A stretch of 62,928 nt of DNA, filler included. It is 4 parts of 4 records of this genome, joined end to end, with 100 filler letters (N's around TTAATTAATTAA, not from the genome) between each part and the next. Parts side by side here need not be neighbours in the genome. Positions count along the whole stretch, not along the records: positions 20,870 to 46,599 come from SRR20825006_480; positions 46,700 to 57,303 come from SRR20825006_502; 2 more parts are not named here. One strand, given 5' to 3'. The notes under the pieces are model-generated. The model was not told the origin of the DNA and did no database searches. It saw only the letters and a list, made by a program, of their open reading frames with translations. Made by a program: the position numbers and the translations under genes. Of the stretch, positions 42,597 to 53,237 are shown piece after piece (the stretch's first letter is position 1; the number at the start of each line of letters is the position of its first letter).

Positions 42597-42893
42597 GATT
42601 CTGGTTTAAAAAGCTAAGATAAACAAATTTTGTGCCTATTGATAGTGTTATGGTTTTCTAACTTCTGAAAACTATAAAAGACTTGAATTATTTTCCAAGT
42701 AATACTAATGCTAAATATATTCCCTAATTTATAATCATTTTAAAGAAGCGATCTAAACCTTGTTCAGAAAGAAAATTATAATCATTTATTGTGCAATGGT
42801 GTATTTAATTTATAAATTTGCACGCCCTTATTCTCCGAGCATTCGTTTTCAGGGATAAAAGGGTACTAAAAAGGCATTATTAATATCCATATT

Positions 42894-44246
42894 ATGTCCA
42901 AAGACATTAAAATTAAAAAGGGTCTTACCATTAAGTTAAAGGGTGAAGCAGAAAAAACACTTTCCAGCGCCCCGAGATCTAGAACCTTCGCAATAAGACC
43001 TTCAGATTTTCATCTTATTACCCCGAAAATGGTAGTTAGAGAAGGTGGGAAAGTTCAAGCTGGTGATACCGTATTCTACTCAAAGAATAACGAATTAGTT
43101 AAGTTTGTTTCACCTGTAAGTGGGACACTCACTAAAATTGAACGCGGCGCAAAACGTGTAATTACAGAAATAACTTTCGAAGCAGATTCGCAAGATGCTT
43201 TTAAAGATTTCGGATCTTTAGATCCCAAATCTGCAACTGCTGAGGCAATAAAAGCACGTTTATTGGAGTCTGGTTGTTGGCCATTTATCCTGCAACGCCC
43301 TTATGCGGTTATTGCGGATACTGAACAAGAACCAAAAGCTATTTTTATTTCTGCATTTAGTTCTGCTCCATTAGCTAATGATGTTGATTTTTCTTTAAGA
43401 GGAAAAGAAACAGAATTGCAAGCTGCAGTAACTGCACTTAGCAAACTTACGAAAGGGCAAGTGCATGTTGGCATTGATAAAAACGGAAACTCTCCTTTTA
43501 GTGGGTTAAATGATGTTTCTACTCATGAGGTTTCAGGACCACATCCCGCGGGAAATGTAGGTACGCAGATTAATAAAATAAGCCCAGTAAATAAAGGGGA
43601 GATAGTTTGGACCATCGCGCCACAAGACCTTGTTATTATAGGTGAATTACTTTTAACTGGAAAATTTAATGCAGAAAGAGTTATTGCGCTTTCTGGTTCT
43701 GAGGTTAAAACACCTAAATATTATAGAACACGTATTGGTTCAGAAGTTGCTACATTTTTGTATGATTCTGGACTGAATGACGAAAACAGTCGTGTAATTA
43801 ATGGCGATGTGCTTACAGGTAGAAAAATTTCTCCAAAAGGACATTTAGGTTTTTACAATAATGTGGTAACCGTAATTCCTGAAGGTGACGATTATGAGTT
43901 GTTTGGTTGGAATAAACCAGTTTTCAATAAAATGTCTACTTCAAGAGCATTAACTTTTTCATGGCTTTCTCCAAATAAAAAGTATGACCTTAATACAAAT
44001 ACCAATGGTGAACACCGTGCATTTGTAGTAACTGGTGTTTACGAAGAAGTTTTCCCGCTAGATATGTACCCAATGCAAATGCTAAAAGCATGTATGGTTA
44101 AAGATCTTGACGAAATGGAAGCTTTGGGAATGTATGAAGTGGCTCCGGAAGATTTTGCACTTACCGAATTTGTTTGCGTTAGTAAACAACCACATCAACA
44201 AATCATCAGGAATGGTCTTGATTTAATGTATAAAGAAATAGGATAA
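42894..44246 (+). CDS. nqrA: Na+-translocating NADH:quinone reductase subunit A
   Basis: IKIKKGL, SPVSG, GPHPAGNVG, EDFALTEFVCVSK. Confidence 0.96.
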   Translation: MSKDIKIKKGLTIKLKGEAEKTLSSAPRSRTFAIRPSDFHLITPKMVVREGGKVQAGDTVFYSKNNELVKFVSPVSGTLTKIERGAKRVITEITFEADSQDAFKDFGSLDPKSATAEAIKARLLESGCWPFILQRPYAVIADTEQEPKAIFISAFSSAPLANDVDFSLRGKETELQAAVTALSKLTKGQVHVGIDKNGNSPFSGLNDVSTHEVSGPHPAGNVGTQINKISPVNKGEIVWTIAPQDLVIIGELLLTGKFNAERVIALSGSEVKTPKYYRTRIGSEVATFLYDSGLNDENSRVINGDVLTGRKISPKGHLGFYNNVVTVIPEGDDYELFGWNKPVFNKMSTSRALTFSWLSPNKKYDLNTNTNGEHRAFVVTGVYEEVFPLDMYPMQMLKACMVKDLDEMEALGMYEVAPEDFALTEFVCVSKQPHQQIIRNGLDLMYKEIG

Positions 44247-44251
44247 TCGCT

Positions 44252-45451
44252 ATGGGATTGAAACAGAATTTACATACGCTAAAGGAAAAATACAAAGGCA
44301 CCAAAATGGCTCCTGCATTTAATGCGTTGCATACCTTTTTGTATACACCTAATGAAACGACACATTCCGGAAGCCATGTTCGTGTGGTAGATGATTTAAA
44401 ACGAACTATGAACACCGTTATTATGGCGCTTGTTCCATGTTTAATCTTCGGAATATTTAATGCTGGTTACCAACATTACGCAGCTATTGATAGCACATTA
44501 CGCTTAGACCCATTGGGTAACTTCCTTACGTGGGATAACTTTATTATGGGTGCTTGGACTGTATTACCCTTAGTAATCGTTTCATATGGAGTTGGGCTTT
44601 TAGTAGAATTTATTTTTGCAGTAATAAAAGGTCACGAAGTAGAAGAAGGATATTTGGTTACAGGAATGCTTGTGCCACTTATTGTGCCAATTGACATTCC
44701 ACTTTGGATGCTTTCTGTTGCAGTAATTTTCGGAGTTGTAATCGGAAAAGAAGTTTTTGGAGGTACAGGAATGAATATTTTGAACCCTGCACTAACGATC
44801 CGCGCATTTTTATTCTTCGCATACCCAACGTGGATGAGTGGTGATAAAGTATGGGTGCACGGCGCAAAAGAAATGGCAACACAACCTGACGCTATTTCTG
44901 GTGAAACAATTTTAGGAAGTCTCGCAGCAAACGCAGAACCAGTTTATAGCGCTTGGGATATGTTCTGGGGCTTTATTCCAGGTTCAGTTGGCGAAACCTC
45001 AACCTTTCTAATTATTATAGGTGCATTGTTTTTAATTTTCACAAAAATAGGAAGCTGGAGAATTATTCTTTCATCAGTACTAGGTGCAATTACAATGGGG
45101 CTTATTTTCAACGGTGTGGTAAACGCTGGTTGGATTCAAGAAGGAAGTAAATTCTACGGATTAATGAGTGAATCATGGTGGCATCACCTTATTATTGGTG
45201 GTTTTGCTTTTGGAGCAGTATATATGGCAACAGACCCTGTAACGGCTTCACAAACCAACAGAGGAAAATGGATCTATGGTTTCTTAATAGGTTTTATTTC
45301 TATCTTAATCAGAGTTTTCAACCCAGCATACCCAGAAGGTGTAATGCTTGCAATATTGCTGATGAACGTATTTGCACCAACAATAGATTATTACGTAGTG
45401 CAAGGAAATATTAAAAAGAGAATGAAACGTTTAAAAGTTAAAACAGCGTAA
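44252..45451 (+). CDS. nqrB: Na+-NQR subunit B
   Basis: DLKRTM, KEVFGGTGMNILNPAL, FMN site SGET, MATDPV. Confidence 0.96.
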   Translation: MGLKQNLHTLKEKYKGTKMAPAFNALHTFLYTPNETTHSGSHVRVVDDLKRTMNTVIMALVPCLIFGIFNAGYQHYAAIDSTLRLDPLGNFLTWDNFIMGAWTVLPLVIVSYGVGLLVEFIFAVIKGHEVEEGYLVTGMLVPLIVPIDIPLWMLSVAVIFGVVIGKEVFGGTGMNILNPALTIRAFLFFAYPTWMSGDKVWVHGAKEMATQPDAISGETILGSLAANAEPVYSAWDMFWGFIPGSVGETSTFLIIIGALFLIFTKIGSWRIILSSVLGAITMGLIFNGVVNAGWIQEGSKFYGLMSESWWHHLIIGGFAFGAVYMATDPVTASQTNRGKWIYGFLIGFISILIRVFNPAYPEGVMLAILLMNVFAPTIDYYVVQGNIKKRMKRLKVKTA

Positions 45452-45453
45452 TC

Positions 45454-46203
45454 ATGGCAAAGAACACAGATAAAAATTCATACACAATTATCTTTGCAAT
45501 TATTATGGTTGTGGTTGTCGGCTCTTTGTTAGCCGGTGTAGCGCAAGGTTTAAAAAGCAAGATAACCCTAAACGAACGTTACGAAAAGATGCAGAATATT
45601 CTGTATGCTATGGGAGTAAATAATAATGAAGGGGAAGGTGATATCGTTTTTGTACCTACTGATAAGGTTGAAGATGCATTTCATACATTCATCAAAAAAC
45701 AATTGGTAATTCAAGGAGATGCTGTTACTGAAAATGAAGAAGCTTACCTTATAGATCTTAAAAAAGAAGAGACTAAAGCTAAAGATCCTAATTATAAAAG
45801 AAGACTGCCATTATTTGTTGGAGAAAAAGACGGCGAAACCGTGTATGTTATTCCAATGCGTGGAAAGGGTCTTTGGGATGCAATTTGGGGCTTTGTGGCT
45901 GTAGATAAAACATTTACTGTTCAAGGTGTGTTTTTTGATCACAAAGGAGAAACACCAGGTTTAGGTGCTGAAATAAAGCAACGTTACTTTATGGATGATT
46001 TCAAAGGTGAAGCAATCATGAACAGCGATGTATTTGAAGGGATAAAAGTTGCCAAGGGTAATAACGATCCTACAAATATTGAAAAAGATGACAATGAGGT
46101 AGACGCAATTGCTGGAGCAACAATCACAGGTGATGGTGTAACTGCAATGATTAAAAAAGATATTAGAATGTATTTGCCATACTTAAAAACATTAAATAAA
46201 TAA
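45454..46203 (+). CDS. nqrC: Na+-NQR subunit C
   Basis: GKGLW, ETPGLG, FMN site AGATIT. Confidence 0.96.
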   Translation: MAKNTDKNSYTIIFAIIMVVVVGSLLAGVAQGLKSKITLNERYEKMQNILYAMGVNNNEGEGDIVFVPTDKVEDAFHTFIKKQLVIQGDAVTENEEAYLIDLKKEETKAKDPNYKRRLPLFVGEKDGETVYVIPMRGKGLWDAIWGFVAVDKTFTVQGVFFDHKGETPGLGAEIKQRYFMDDFKGEAIMNSDVFEGIKVAKGNNDPTNIEKDDNEVDAIAGATITGDGVTAMIKKDIRMYLPYLKTLNK

Positions 46204-46206
46204 ATT

Positions 46207-46599
46207 ATGGGATTGCTATCAAAAAAAGACAGTAAGTTAATTTTAGACCCATTGGCAGACAACAACCCTATTACCATTCAGGTATTAGGTATCTGTTCTG
46301 CACTAGCTATTACTGCACAATTGAAAGCTTCAATTGTAATGGCTATTTCTGTAGTTGCGGTTTTAGGTATTGGAAACGTTGTTATTTCGCTAATGCGAAA
46401 TATAATTCCATCAAAAATTAGAATTATCGTTCAACTTGTTGTAGTAGCTGCTTTGGTTATTATAGTAGATCAAGTGCTAAAAGCATTTGCTTATTCTTTA
46501 AGTAAGGAATTATCCGTTTTTATAGGATTAATCATTACCAACTGTATTATTATGGGACGTTTTGAAGCATTTGCTTTGGGTAACGGTCCTTGGAAATCT
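46207..46599 (+). CDS. nqrD: Na+-NQR subunit D, 3'-truncated at the gap
   Basis: [16 protein letters not shown] and [12 protein letters not shown]. Confidence 0.95.
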
Positions 46600-46699
46600 N
46601 NNNNNNNNNNNNNNNNNNNNNNNNNNNNNNNNNNNNNNNNNNNTTAATTAATTAANNNNNNNNNNNNNNNNNNNNNNNNNNNNNNNNNNNNNNNNNNNN
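46600..46699. other. Artificial contig spacer
   Basis: N-run with TTAATTAATTAA; composition switches from AT-rich to GC-rich. Confidence 0.98.
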
Positions 46700-46807
46700 T
46701 AGGTCGAATTTACCCAAGGGCACAGAGAGGCCGAAGGCCGTAATCCGACATTCAACTACCACAAAAAAACAGATTATCGGCTTACGGCTGCGCCTAAGCC
46801 GACCTAC
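46700..46807. repeat. Inverted pair of GTAG-type REP elements
   Basis: Right copy (46777-46807, minus strand) GTAGGTCGGCTTAGGCGCAGCCGTAAGCCGA; left copy TAGGTCG...GGCCGAAGGCCGTAATCCGAC. Confidence 0.7.
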
Positions 46808-46829
46808 TAAAGCAAGAATCCACGCCCAC

Positions 46830-46860
46830 AAAAAAGCCGGCAATTAATGCCGGCTTTCTT
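46830..46860 (-). terminator. Terminator of degQ
   Basis: AAAAAAGCCGGCA-ATTAA-TGCCGGCTTT. Confidence 0.8.
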
Positions 46861-46884
46861 GATACAGCTTGCATGGTTAGTCGA

Positions 46885-48288
46885 TCAACGCACCACCACA
46901 AAGAACACACCGCCGTTGCGGTTAACTCGCAGCAACAGGGCCGCTTCTTTATCGTCCACAGCCTTACGTAACTCGTCCATGGTGTTCACGTCCTGGCGGT
47001 TCACGTTAATGATCACGTCGCCGTTACGCAGGCCGGCGCGCCAGGCCGGGGAGCCTCGTTCTACTTCGTCGACCAACACGCCGGCGTCGGCATGTTGCAG
47101 CTCGCCCTTGCGCAGGTCACGCAAGTTCGCGCCTTCAAGGAATTTGGAGACGGCCTCACCGCCGGCGGTTTCCCGTGATGACTCGCTGATCACGGCGGTG
47201 ACGTCTTTTTTCTTGCCATCACGCAGGATGCTCAGGGTCACTTTCTCACCCACCGGCGCCATGCCCACCTTGTTACGCAGGTCGGCTGCGCGGTTTACCG
47301 GTCGACCATCCACGGCGGTGACTACATCACCGCTTTTCAGGCCGGCTTTCTCTGCCGCACTGTCTTCCACCACCTGGGTGATCACCACGCCGCGCTGGCG
47401 CTCAACACCAAAGGCTTCCGCCAACTCCGCCGTCAGGTCCTGAATGGTGACGCCGAGCATGCCGCGGCGCACTTCACCGTGTTCGATGAGCTGCTGCATC
47501 ACGTTCTCGGCCATCTCCGTGGGGATGGCAAAACCGATGCCCACGTTGCCACCGGCCGGCGCCAGAATCGCCGTATTGATACCCACCAGCTCACCACGCA
47601 GGTTGACCAGTGCACCACCGGAGTTGCCCGGATTAATGGAGGCATCGGTCTGGATAAAGCTTTCATAGCCTTCAATGCCCAAGCCTGTGCGACCCAACGC
47701 GGAAACGATGCCGCTGGTCACCGTCTGGCCGAGCCCAAAGGGGTTACCAATGGCGACCACAAAATCGCCGACCCGCAGACCGGTGGAATCCGCAATGGCA
47801 ATTTGGGTAAGGCGTTCCGCCTCTTCCAGCTTCAGTACCGCCAAATCCACTTCTTCATCCACACCCACCAGTTCCGCCGACAATTCGCGGCCATCGGTAA
47901 GGGTGACTTCAATATTGTCCGCGTTCTTGACCACGTGGGCGTTGGTCAGCACATAGCCTTCAGCAGCATCCACAATCACCCCGGAGCCGGCACTGGCAGC
48001 GCGGCGCTCGGAGGGCCGCTGGCGTTCCGGCATGTCGAAAAAGCGACGAAAGAAAGGATCATTCATCAACGGATTACGCGCCGCCCGCACCCGGGTTTCG
48101 ATGGCAATATTCACCACCGCCGGCGAGGTTTTTTCCAACATGGGGGCCAGTGAAGGAAGCGCGTCCCCTTCTGCCGTGACAGCAGGCAAGGCCGCCTGAA
48201 CCGGGGAAAAGGCAACGCATAACAGCGTCAACACCCAGACGACGGGAAGGATTGGTTTTTTTTGCGTAGACAACGTTTTTTCAAACAA
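46885..48288 (-). CDS. degQ: DegP/DegQ-family serine protease with two PDZ domains
   Basis: GSGVI, TNAHV, DLAVL, INPGNSGG; AGGAGG RBS before TTG 48288. Confidence 0.9.
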   Translation of the reverse strand: MFEKTLSTQKKPILPVVWVLTLLCVAFSPVQAALPAVTAEGDALPSLAPMLEKTSPAVVNIAIETRVRAARNPLMNDPFFRRFFDMPERQRPSERRAASAGSGVIVDAAEGYVLTNAHVVKNADNIEVTLTDGRELSAELVGVDEEVDLAVLKLEEAERLTQIAIADSTGLRVGDFVVAIGNPFGLGQTVTSGIVSALGRTGLGIEGYESFIQTDASINPGNSGGALVNLRGELVGINTAILAPAGGNVGIGFAIPTEMAENVMQQLIEHGEVRRGMLGVTIQDLTAELAEAFGVERQRGVVITQVVEDSAAEKAGLKSGDVVTAVDGRPVNRAADLRNKVGMAPVGEKVTLSILRDGKKKDVTAVISESSRETAGGEAVSKFLEGANLRDLRKGELQHADAGVLVDEVERGSPAWRAGLRNGDVIINVNRQDVNTMDELRKAVDDKEAALLLRVNRNGGVFFVVVR

Positions 48289-48441
48289 CGGTTGTTCCTC
48301 CTGTTTCAAGGAAAACATCATCGATAAAAGGGATGATGGGCTAAAAGTCCAGTACCGGATGCCACCCAGAAATGCCCGGCCCGCAATCGCTGGCAGCCGG
48401 GGATTGGGCGTCACCCACTTTTTTCTGACCTGCGCAAACGT

Positions 48442-49113
48442 CTACGGTTCCGAAGCGAACAGACGAACGCCGTTGTACTCCCGCGATTCCCCCAAATCCG
48501 GCCAGGTACAGGACTGCCACTCCCCCAGCAGTCGGTAGCCCGGAGGATTCAGGTCCGGCACCCGGGAATCCGCCAACAGCACCGCCCCCGCGGCCTGGAA
48601 CCGGGCCAGTAACGGCAGATTATCGCGGTCATAGAGAATATCGGCCGCCGTTACCAGATCCGCGCCAGCCAGGGCGGTATCCAGGTCATTACTCAACGCC
48701 ACCTCGACGCCATTCTCCCGGGCGTTCATGGCCGTGGCCGTGAGGGCGTCCTCGTCCAGATCACAGGCGATGACCTTGCGTGCCCCCGCCAGGGCCGCAG
48801 CAATGGCCACCACTCCCGAACCCGGGCCCACATCCACCACACAACGGTCGGCCACCTGCTCGGGGTTCTCCAGCAGATACTTCGCCAGCACCTGTCCGGA
48901 AGCCCAGCAGAACGACCAGTACGGCGGCTCTTCCATGATCGCGTTGACGATTTCCGGGTCCAACGCCTGCTCCGGGAATAACTCATCCAGCAGCCACAGG
49001 CGCAGGGCGGGTGTTTGCGGCAATGCCTGGCACGACAGGGACACCGCCGGTAATACGCGGTGGAGCCGTTCGTGCAAGGCGTTGAGGCCTACTTTTTCCT
49101 GTTCTGTTGTCAT
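48442..49113 (-). CDS. Class I SAM-dependent methyltransferase (lysine/PrmA-like)
   Basis: PPYWSFCWASG, DVGPGSG, ADILYD. Confidence 0.85.
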   Translation of the reverse strand: MTTEQEKVGLNALHERLHRVLPAVSLSCQALPQTPALRLWLLDELFPEQALDPEIVNAIMEEPPYWSFCWASGQVLAKYLLENPEQVADRCVVDVGPGSGVVAIAAALAGARKVIACDLDEDALTATAMNARENGVEVALSNDLDTALAGADLVTAADILYDRDNLPLLARFQAAGAVLLADSRVPDLNPPGYRLLGEWQSCTWPDLGESREYNGVRLFASEP

Positions 49114-49165
49114 ACTCTAGGGCCTTAAGTTTTGCCTATCCGAAATCGTCGAAGAGAATAACAAA

Positions 49166-51130
49166 ATGACCGGCAGACAGGGATGGATTGGCGTTATCGC
49201 GCTACTGCTCAGTGTCACCAGCCCCCTCAAGGCACGGGAAATCTGGACAGACGGCGTACCCGACGCTTATTTCAAACATTTCGTGGAGTTCTACAAGGCC
49301 GACCCCAGTGCCATGGGCCGCTGGGCCACCGGGTTGACTCGCATTTCCACCGAACAGCTGGATTACACCCTTAAAGCGCTGGATACCACCCAGTTCACCT
49401 ACCTGTACCCCATGGAAATCAAGGGCTACGACCTGCCCCGCCACAACGGCATCCCCACCGAAGAACTGTCGTTGATGGCCGTGCGCGCTGGCAAACTGAT
49501 TCCGGTGCCCTACCAGATAGACGAATTCGACAAGACCGGGCTAATCTGGATTGAAGGTGAAAACGACAGCAAGGCGGAAGGCGAGCCCGGCATTTTTGAC
49601 GATTTCGATGAACTGGTTTTCATGTTCCGCGATGGCGGCTGGGACCGCTTCGATCCGGCGCAACACACCCTGGCCGAAGGGCAGATGCTGGAAGAGATCC
49701 GTCTCGACTCACCGCGCAACAAACCGCGCTATCTCTATCTGGTGCGCAATAACAGCGAGCGATCACGGGCGGATTATGTGGAGGTGAATCTGGACGAAGG
49801 CTGGATCCAGACCACCTTGATGCGCATGGAATTCGAGCCCAAGGACTTCACCCAGATCCAGTCCATGGCACCGCGTCTGGGACCGCACAAGGACGAAAAC
49901 GTCTTTGATAATATCTATGTGAATATCAGTACCGGCATTCTTAACCAGAACCTGCGTGTGGATCTGGATACCCGCAAGAACATCAAGGCCACACCTCTCG
50001 CCGTGAAAGACGGCGCCGTGCGCGCCTCCATGCTGGTCAAGGCGCGGGTCTGGTATGCCTACCTGCCTACCTTTTTCAGCCAAAAATTCCAGGTGGATTT
50101 CTACGAACAGTCGGTGACCATTCCCTCCCGGTTCGCCATCGGCAGCATGAAGGTGCTGAAATTTTTCCTCATGTTCCTGCGTGAGCCGCGCATTCACTTT
50201 GCCATTGATTTCCAGAACCTGGATGGCGCCCGGCTGACCTTTGATTCCGTCTACGACGACAAACAATACGGGATCGTGGACGGCACCATGAGCGACTTTG
50301 AAGCCCGCATGAATGCCACCCGCCTGCCCGGCGACTGGCTGCATCTGGATTCCAACCAGGGTTGGGAAATGTTCTTCAGCAACCACATGCCGGTGGTGCC
50401 CAACGGCCTGTTCGATGCCTTCCTGGATGGCGTGACCATGAACATGTTCTACGAGGATGATGCCAACAGCACCACCAAGTACGAGCACGATCCAGGTGCC
50501 ACCCCACGGCTGGGGTTCCAGAGCGAAGGCATTCCCGACACAGTGATTGACCTGATGGGCGCAATCCCCAAGCTCGACTTCCAGAACATGGACAGCCTGG
50601 GCGAAGCCATCGTGGCCCTGGCCGCAGCCGAGCAGGACGGCGCATTCGAGAAATACGATGAGGTGGTCAACAAGAAACTGGCTGAACTGAAAGCCGACGG
50701 CCGCATCGGCACCGTGGATGCGCTGGCCGATGCCTTTATTGCGGATCTGGACCGGATGAATTTCTCCGGCATTCCCCGGGATACCTTCAACCAGATCGTC
50801 CACCAGGCCATTGTCGACACCACCCCGGCGGTGGATCAGATTCACCATGGCAAGGTGTTGGCACGAATGATTACCCTGGCCAGCGATCAGGGCATCGATA
50901 TTCGCCGCCTGCGCTATGCCACCATGGACAACACCCTGTGGTTCCCGGCCTGGGTAGGCGAAGGTGGGGCCAGCGACTTTCAGTGGCAGGTCAGCCACGC
51001 CCCGACAGCGACGCCACTGGGCCCAGTTGCAGTGCCAGCCAGCAAGCCTGCGCATCCCCCCGAGGCGGCACCTGCAGCGACCGCCCCCGCCGCTACGTCT
51101 CCGTCTGGGTCTTCTGCAACAGCGCCGTAA
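49166..51130 (+). CDS. Secreted hypothetical protein, 654 aa
   Basis: Signal peptide, host-like codon usage, PYQIDE...DELVFM motif, Pro/Ala-rich tail. Confidence 0.8.
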   Translation: MTGRQGWIGVIALLLSVTSPLKAREIWTDGVPDAYFKHFVEFYKADPSAMGRWATGLTRISTEQLDYTLKALDTTQFTYLYPMEIKGYDLPRHNGIPTEELSLMAVRAGKLIPVPYQIDEFDKTGLIWIEGENDSKAEGEPGIFDDFDELVFMFRDGGWDRFDPAQHTLAEGQMLEEIRLDSPRNKPRYLYLVRNNSERSRADYVEVNLDEGWIQTTLMRMEFEPKDFTQIQSMAPRLGPHKDENVFDNIYVNISTGILNQNLRVDLDTRKNIKATPLAVKDGAVRASMLVKARVWYAYLPTFFSQKFQVDFYEQSVTIPSRFAIGSMKVLKFFLMFLREPRIHFAIDFQNLDGARLTFDSVYDDKQYGIVDGTMSDFEARMNATRLPGDWLHLDSNQGWEMFFSNHMPVVPNGLFDAFLDGVTMNMFYEDDANSTTKYEHDPGATPRLGFQSEGIPDTVIDLMGAIPKLDFQNMDSLGEAIVALAAAEQDGAFEKYDEVVNKKLAELKADGRIGTVDALADAFIADLDRMNFSGIPRDTFNQIVHQAIVDTTPAVDQIHHGKVLARMITLASDQGIDIRRLRYATMDNTLWFPAWVGEGGASDFQWQVSHAPTATPLGPVAVPASKPAHPPEAAPAATAPAATSPSGSSATAP

Positions 51131-51785
51131 GCGCGGCGCTGTCTTTCACCTGCCCGTCTTCATCCAGCTCCGGATACGGCACGCCGTGGGCATCGCACAA
51201 ACGGGCAATACGCGCATAACCCCAGCGGAAAAGCAGCTCGTGGTAACGGTCCGCCGCCACCCGAGGCTGGTCATAAAACCCCTTTGCCCTGCGCTGCTCG
51301 CAGGCTTCAGACAAAATAATCGCCGCCGCCACACTCACATTGAAGGATTCCACCATGCCCATCATGGGAATGGTCACATTCTGATCCACCACGCTGGCCA
51401 CTTCGTCGCTGACGCCGAATTTTTCGGTCCCCAACAACAGCGCCGTTGGCCGGGTGTAATCCACTTCCCGATAGGGAATCGCATCATCGGACAAATGTGC
51501 CGCCAGCACCTGCACACCCTGCCCCTGCAATTCACGGATCACGTCGGTGCTTTCATCGCGCTTATGCACCTGCACCCACCGCTGCGAGCCCATGGCCGTG
51601 CCCGCCGCCATACGCGCCCGGTTTTTGGGTAACACTGCATGTACATCGAGAATCCCCACCGCGTCGCAGGTACGCACAATGGCAGCGATATTATGGGGTT
51701 TGTGCACGCCATCCATGATCACAGTCAGGTCGGGCTGGCGGCGGTCCAGGGTGTCGCAAATGCGGCGGTAACGTTCCGGGGTCAT
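51093..51785 (-). CDS. trmH: tRNA Gm18 2'-O-methyltransferase
   Basis: RRQPDL, HKPHNIAAIVRTCDAVG, GTEKFG, IPMMGMVESFNVSVA. Confidence 0.95.
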   Translation of the reverse strand: MTPERYRRICDTLDRRQPDLTVIMDGVHKPHNIAAIVRTCDAVGILDVHAVLPKNRARMAAGTAMGSQRWVQVHKRDESTDVIRELQGQGVQVLAAHLSDDAIPYREVDYTRPTALLLGTEKFGVSDEVASVVDQNVTIPMMGMVESFNVSVAAAIILSEACEQRRAKGFYDQPRVAADRYHELLFRWGYARIARLCDAHGVPYPELDEDGQVKDSAALTALLQKTQTET

Positions 51786-51943
51786 GGGTTTTCCTCGTGG
51801 CTGGCCGCGGATTGTATAGGCCCGGCCATGGCTGACACAATTCGCCCGCCTTGCCGATGGCTACGGTCAACAGCGCCACTGCCACTGTGCAACCTAATCC
51901 GCTAGGCTTGTGGGCTTGTGAAAACCCACGCCCTGGAGGCTCC

Positions 51944-53152
51944 ATGACTCAATCTCCATCCCGCCGTCTGCCCCTTGACGGGGTGCGCGTTATCGAACTG
52001 GGACAGCTGTTGGCCGGGCCTTTTACCGGCACCCTGCTGGCCTACTTCGGCGCCGATGTGGTGAAAGTGGAGCCCCCCGGCGGCGACCCGATTCGCGGTT
52101 GGCGCAAACTGGATGAGGACGGCACCTCGTTCTGGTGGCGCAGCCTGGGGCGCAACAAGAAATCGGTCACCCTGGATCTGAAAACCGGGCAAGGCAAAGC
52201 GCTGGCTCGCAAGCTGATGGTAGGCGCCGATGTGGTCATCGAAAACTTCCGCCCCGGTACTATGGAAGCCTGGGGTCTGGGCCCGGATGACTTTGCCACC
52301 GACAACCCGGGGCTGATCTATACTCGCATTTCCGGCTACGGCCAGACTGGCCCCTACGCCAGCAAACCCGGCTACGCCTCGGTGTGCGAAGGCATTGGCG
52401 GCCTGCGCTACGTGAACGGTTTTCCCGGCGAGCGCCCGGTGCGCCCCAACCTGTCGCTGGGCGACACCATTGCCGGACTGCACGCAGCACTGGGCATTCT
52501 GCTCGCCCTGTTCGAACGCCAGAACAGTGAGCGGGGACAGGTCGTGGATGTGGCCCTCTACGAATCCGTGTTCAACCTGCTGGAAGGGGTGATTCCGGAA
52601 TTCGATGGTGCTGGCGTCATCCGCGAGCCCGCCGGTTCCACCGTCACCGGTATTGTGCCCACCAACACCTACCGCTGCGCCGATCGCAAGTTCGTGGTGA
52701 TCGGCGGCAATGGCGATTCCATTTTCAAACGCTTGATGACCGCCGCCGGCCGGCCGGATATGGCCGCTGACGCCGCCATGGCCAATAACGCAGGGCGTGT
52801 AGAACATGAACACGCCATCGACGCCGCGCTGGATAGCTGGTGCCGCAGCCTGCCCAGTGATCAAGTCCTCGCCATACTCGAAGAAGCCCGGGTGCCCTCC
52901 GGCCCTATCTATTCCGTGGCCGACATGATGCAGGACCCGCACTTCCAGGCTCGCGGCCTGTTTCAGCAAGTGGAAATCAACGGCAAACCCCTCAAAGTCC
53001 CCGCCATTACACCCCGGCTGGCGGACACCCCCGGCGAAACCCGCTGGCCCGGTGGCGAAGTGGGCAGCCATAACCAGGCCGTGCTCCGTGATGAGCTGGG
53101 TTTGAGTGAGGCGGAATTTGCAGACCTGCAGGCCCAAGGCATTATTGGCTGA
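51944..53152 (+). CDS. Family III CoA-transferase (CaiB/BaiF)
   Basis: LAGPF, GADVVKVEPP, RNKKS, ENFRPG, ISGYGQTGP; GGAGG RBS. Confidence 0.93.
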   Translation: MTQSPSRRLPLDGVRVIELGQLLAGPFTGTLLAYFGADVVKVEPPGGDPIRGWRKLDEDGTSFWWRSLGRNKKSVTLDLKTGQGKALARKLMVGADVVIENFRPGTMEAWGLGPDDFATDNPGLIYTRISGYGQTGPYASKPGYASVCEGIGGLRYVNGFPGERPVRPNLSLGDTIAGLHAALGILLALFERQNSERGQVVDVALYESVFNLLEGVIPEFDGAGVIREPAGSTVTGIVPTNTYRCADRKFVVIGGNGDSIFKRLMTAAGRPDMAADAAMANNAGRVEHEHAIDAALDSWCRSLPSDQVLAILEEARVPSGPIYSVADMMQDPHFQARGLFQQVEINGKPLKVPAITPRLADTPGETRWPGGEVGSHNQAVLRDELGLSEAEFADLQAQGIIG

Positions 53153-53237
53153 CGCAGGCGCCCGCCCACGGCGTCATTGACGGCAACGTAGCGACAGCGG
53201 TAAAAATAAAAAACGTCATCGAAAGCAGGATATCACC

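Noticed and set aside
20870-46599. AT-rich block read as a horizontally acquired island
   Set aside because: It is bounded by artificial spacers and full of housekeeping genes with Bacteroidetes promoters; it is a different organism.
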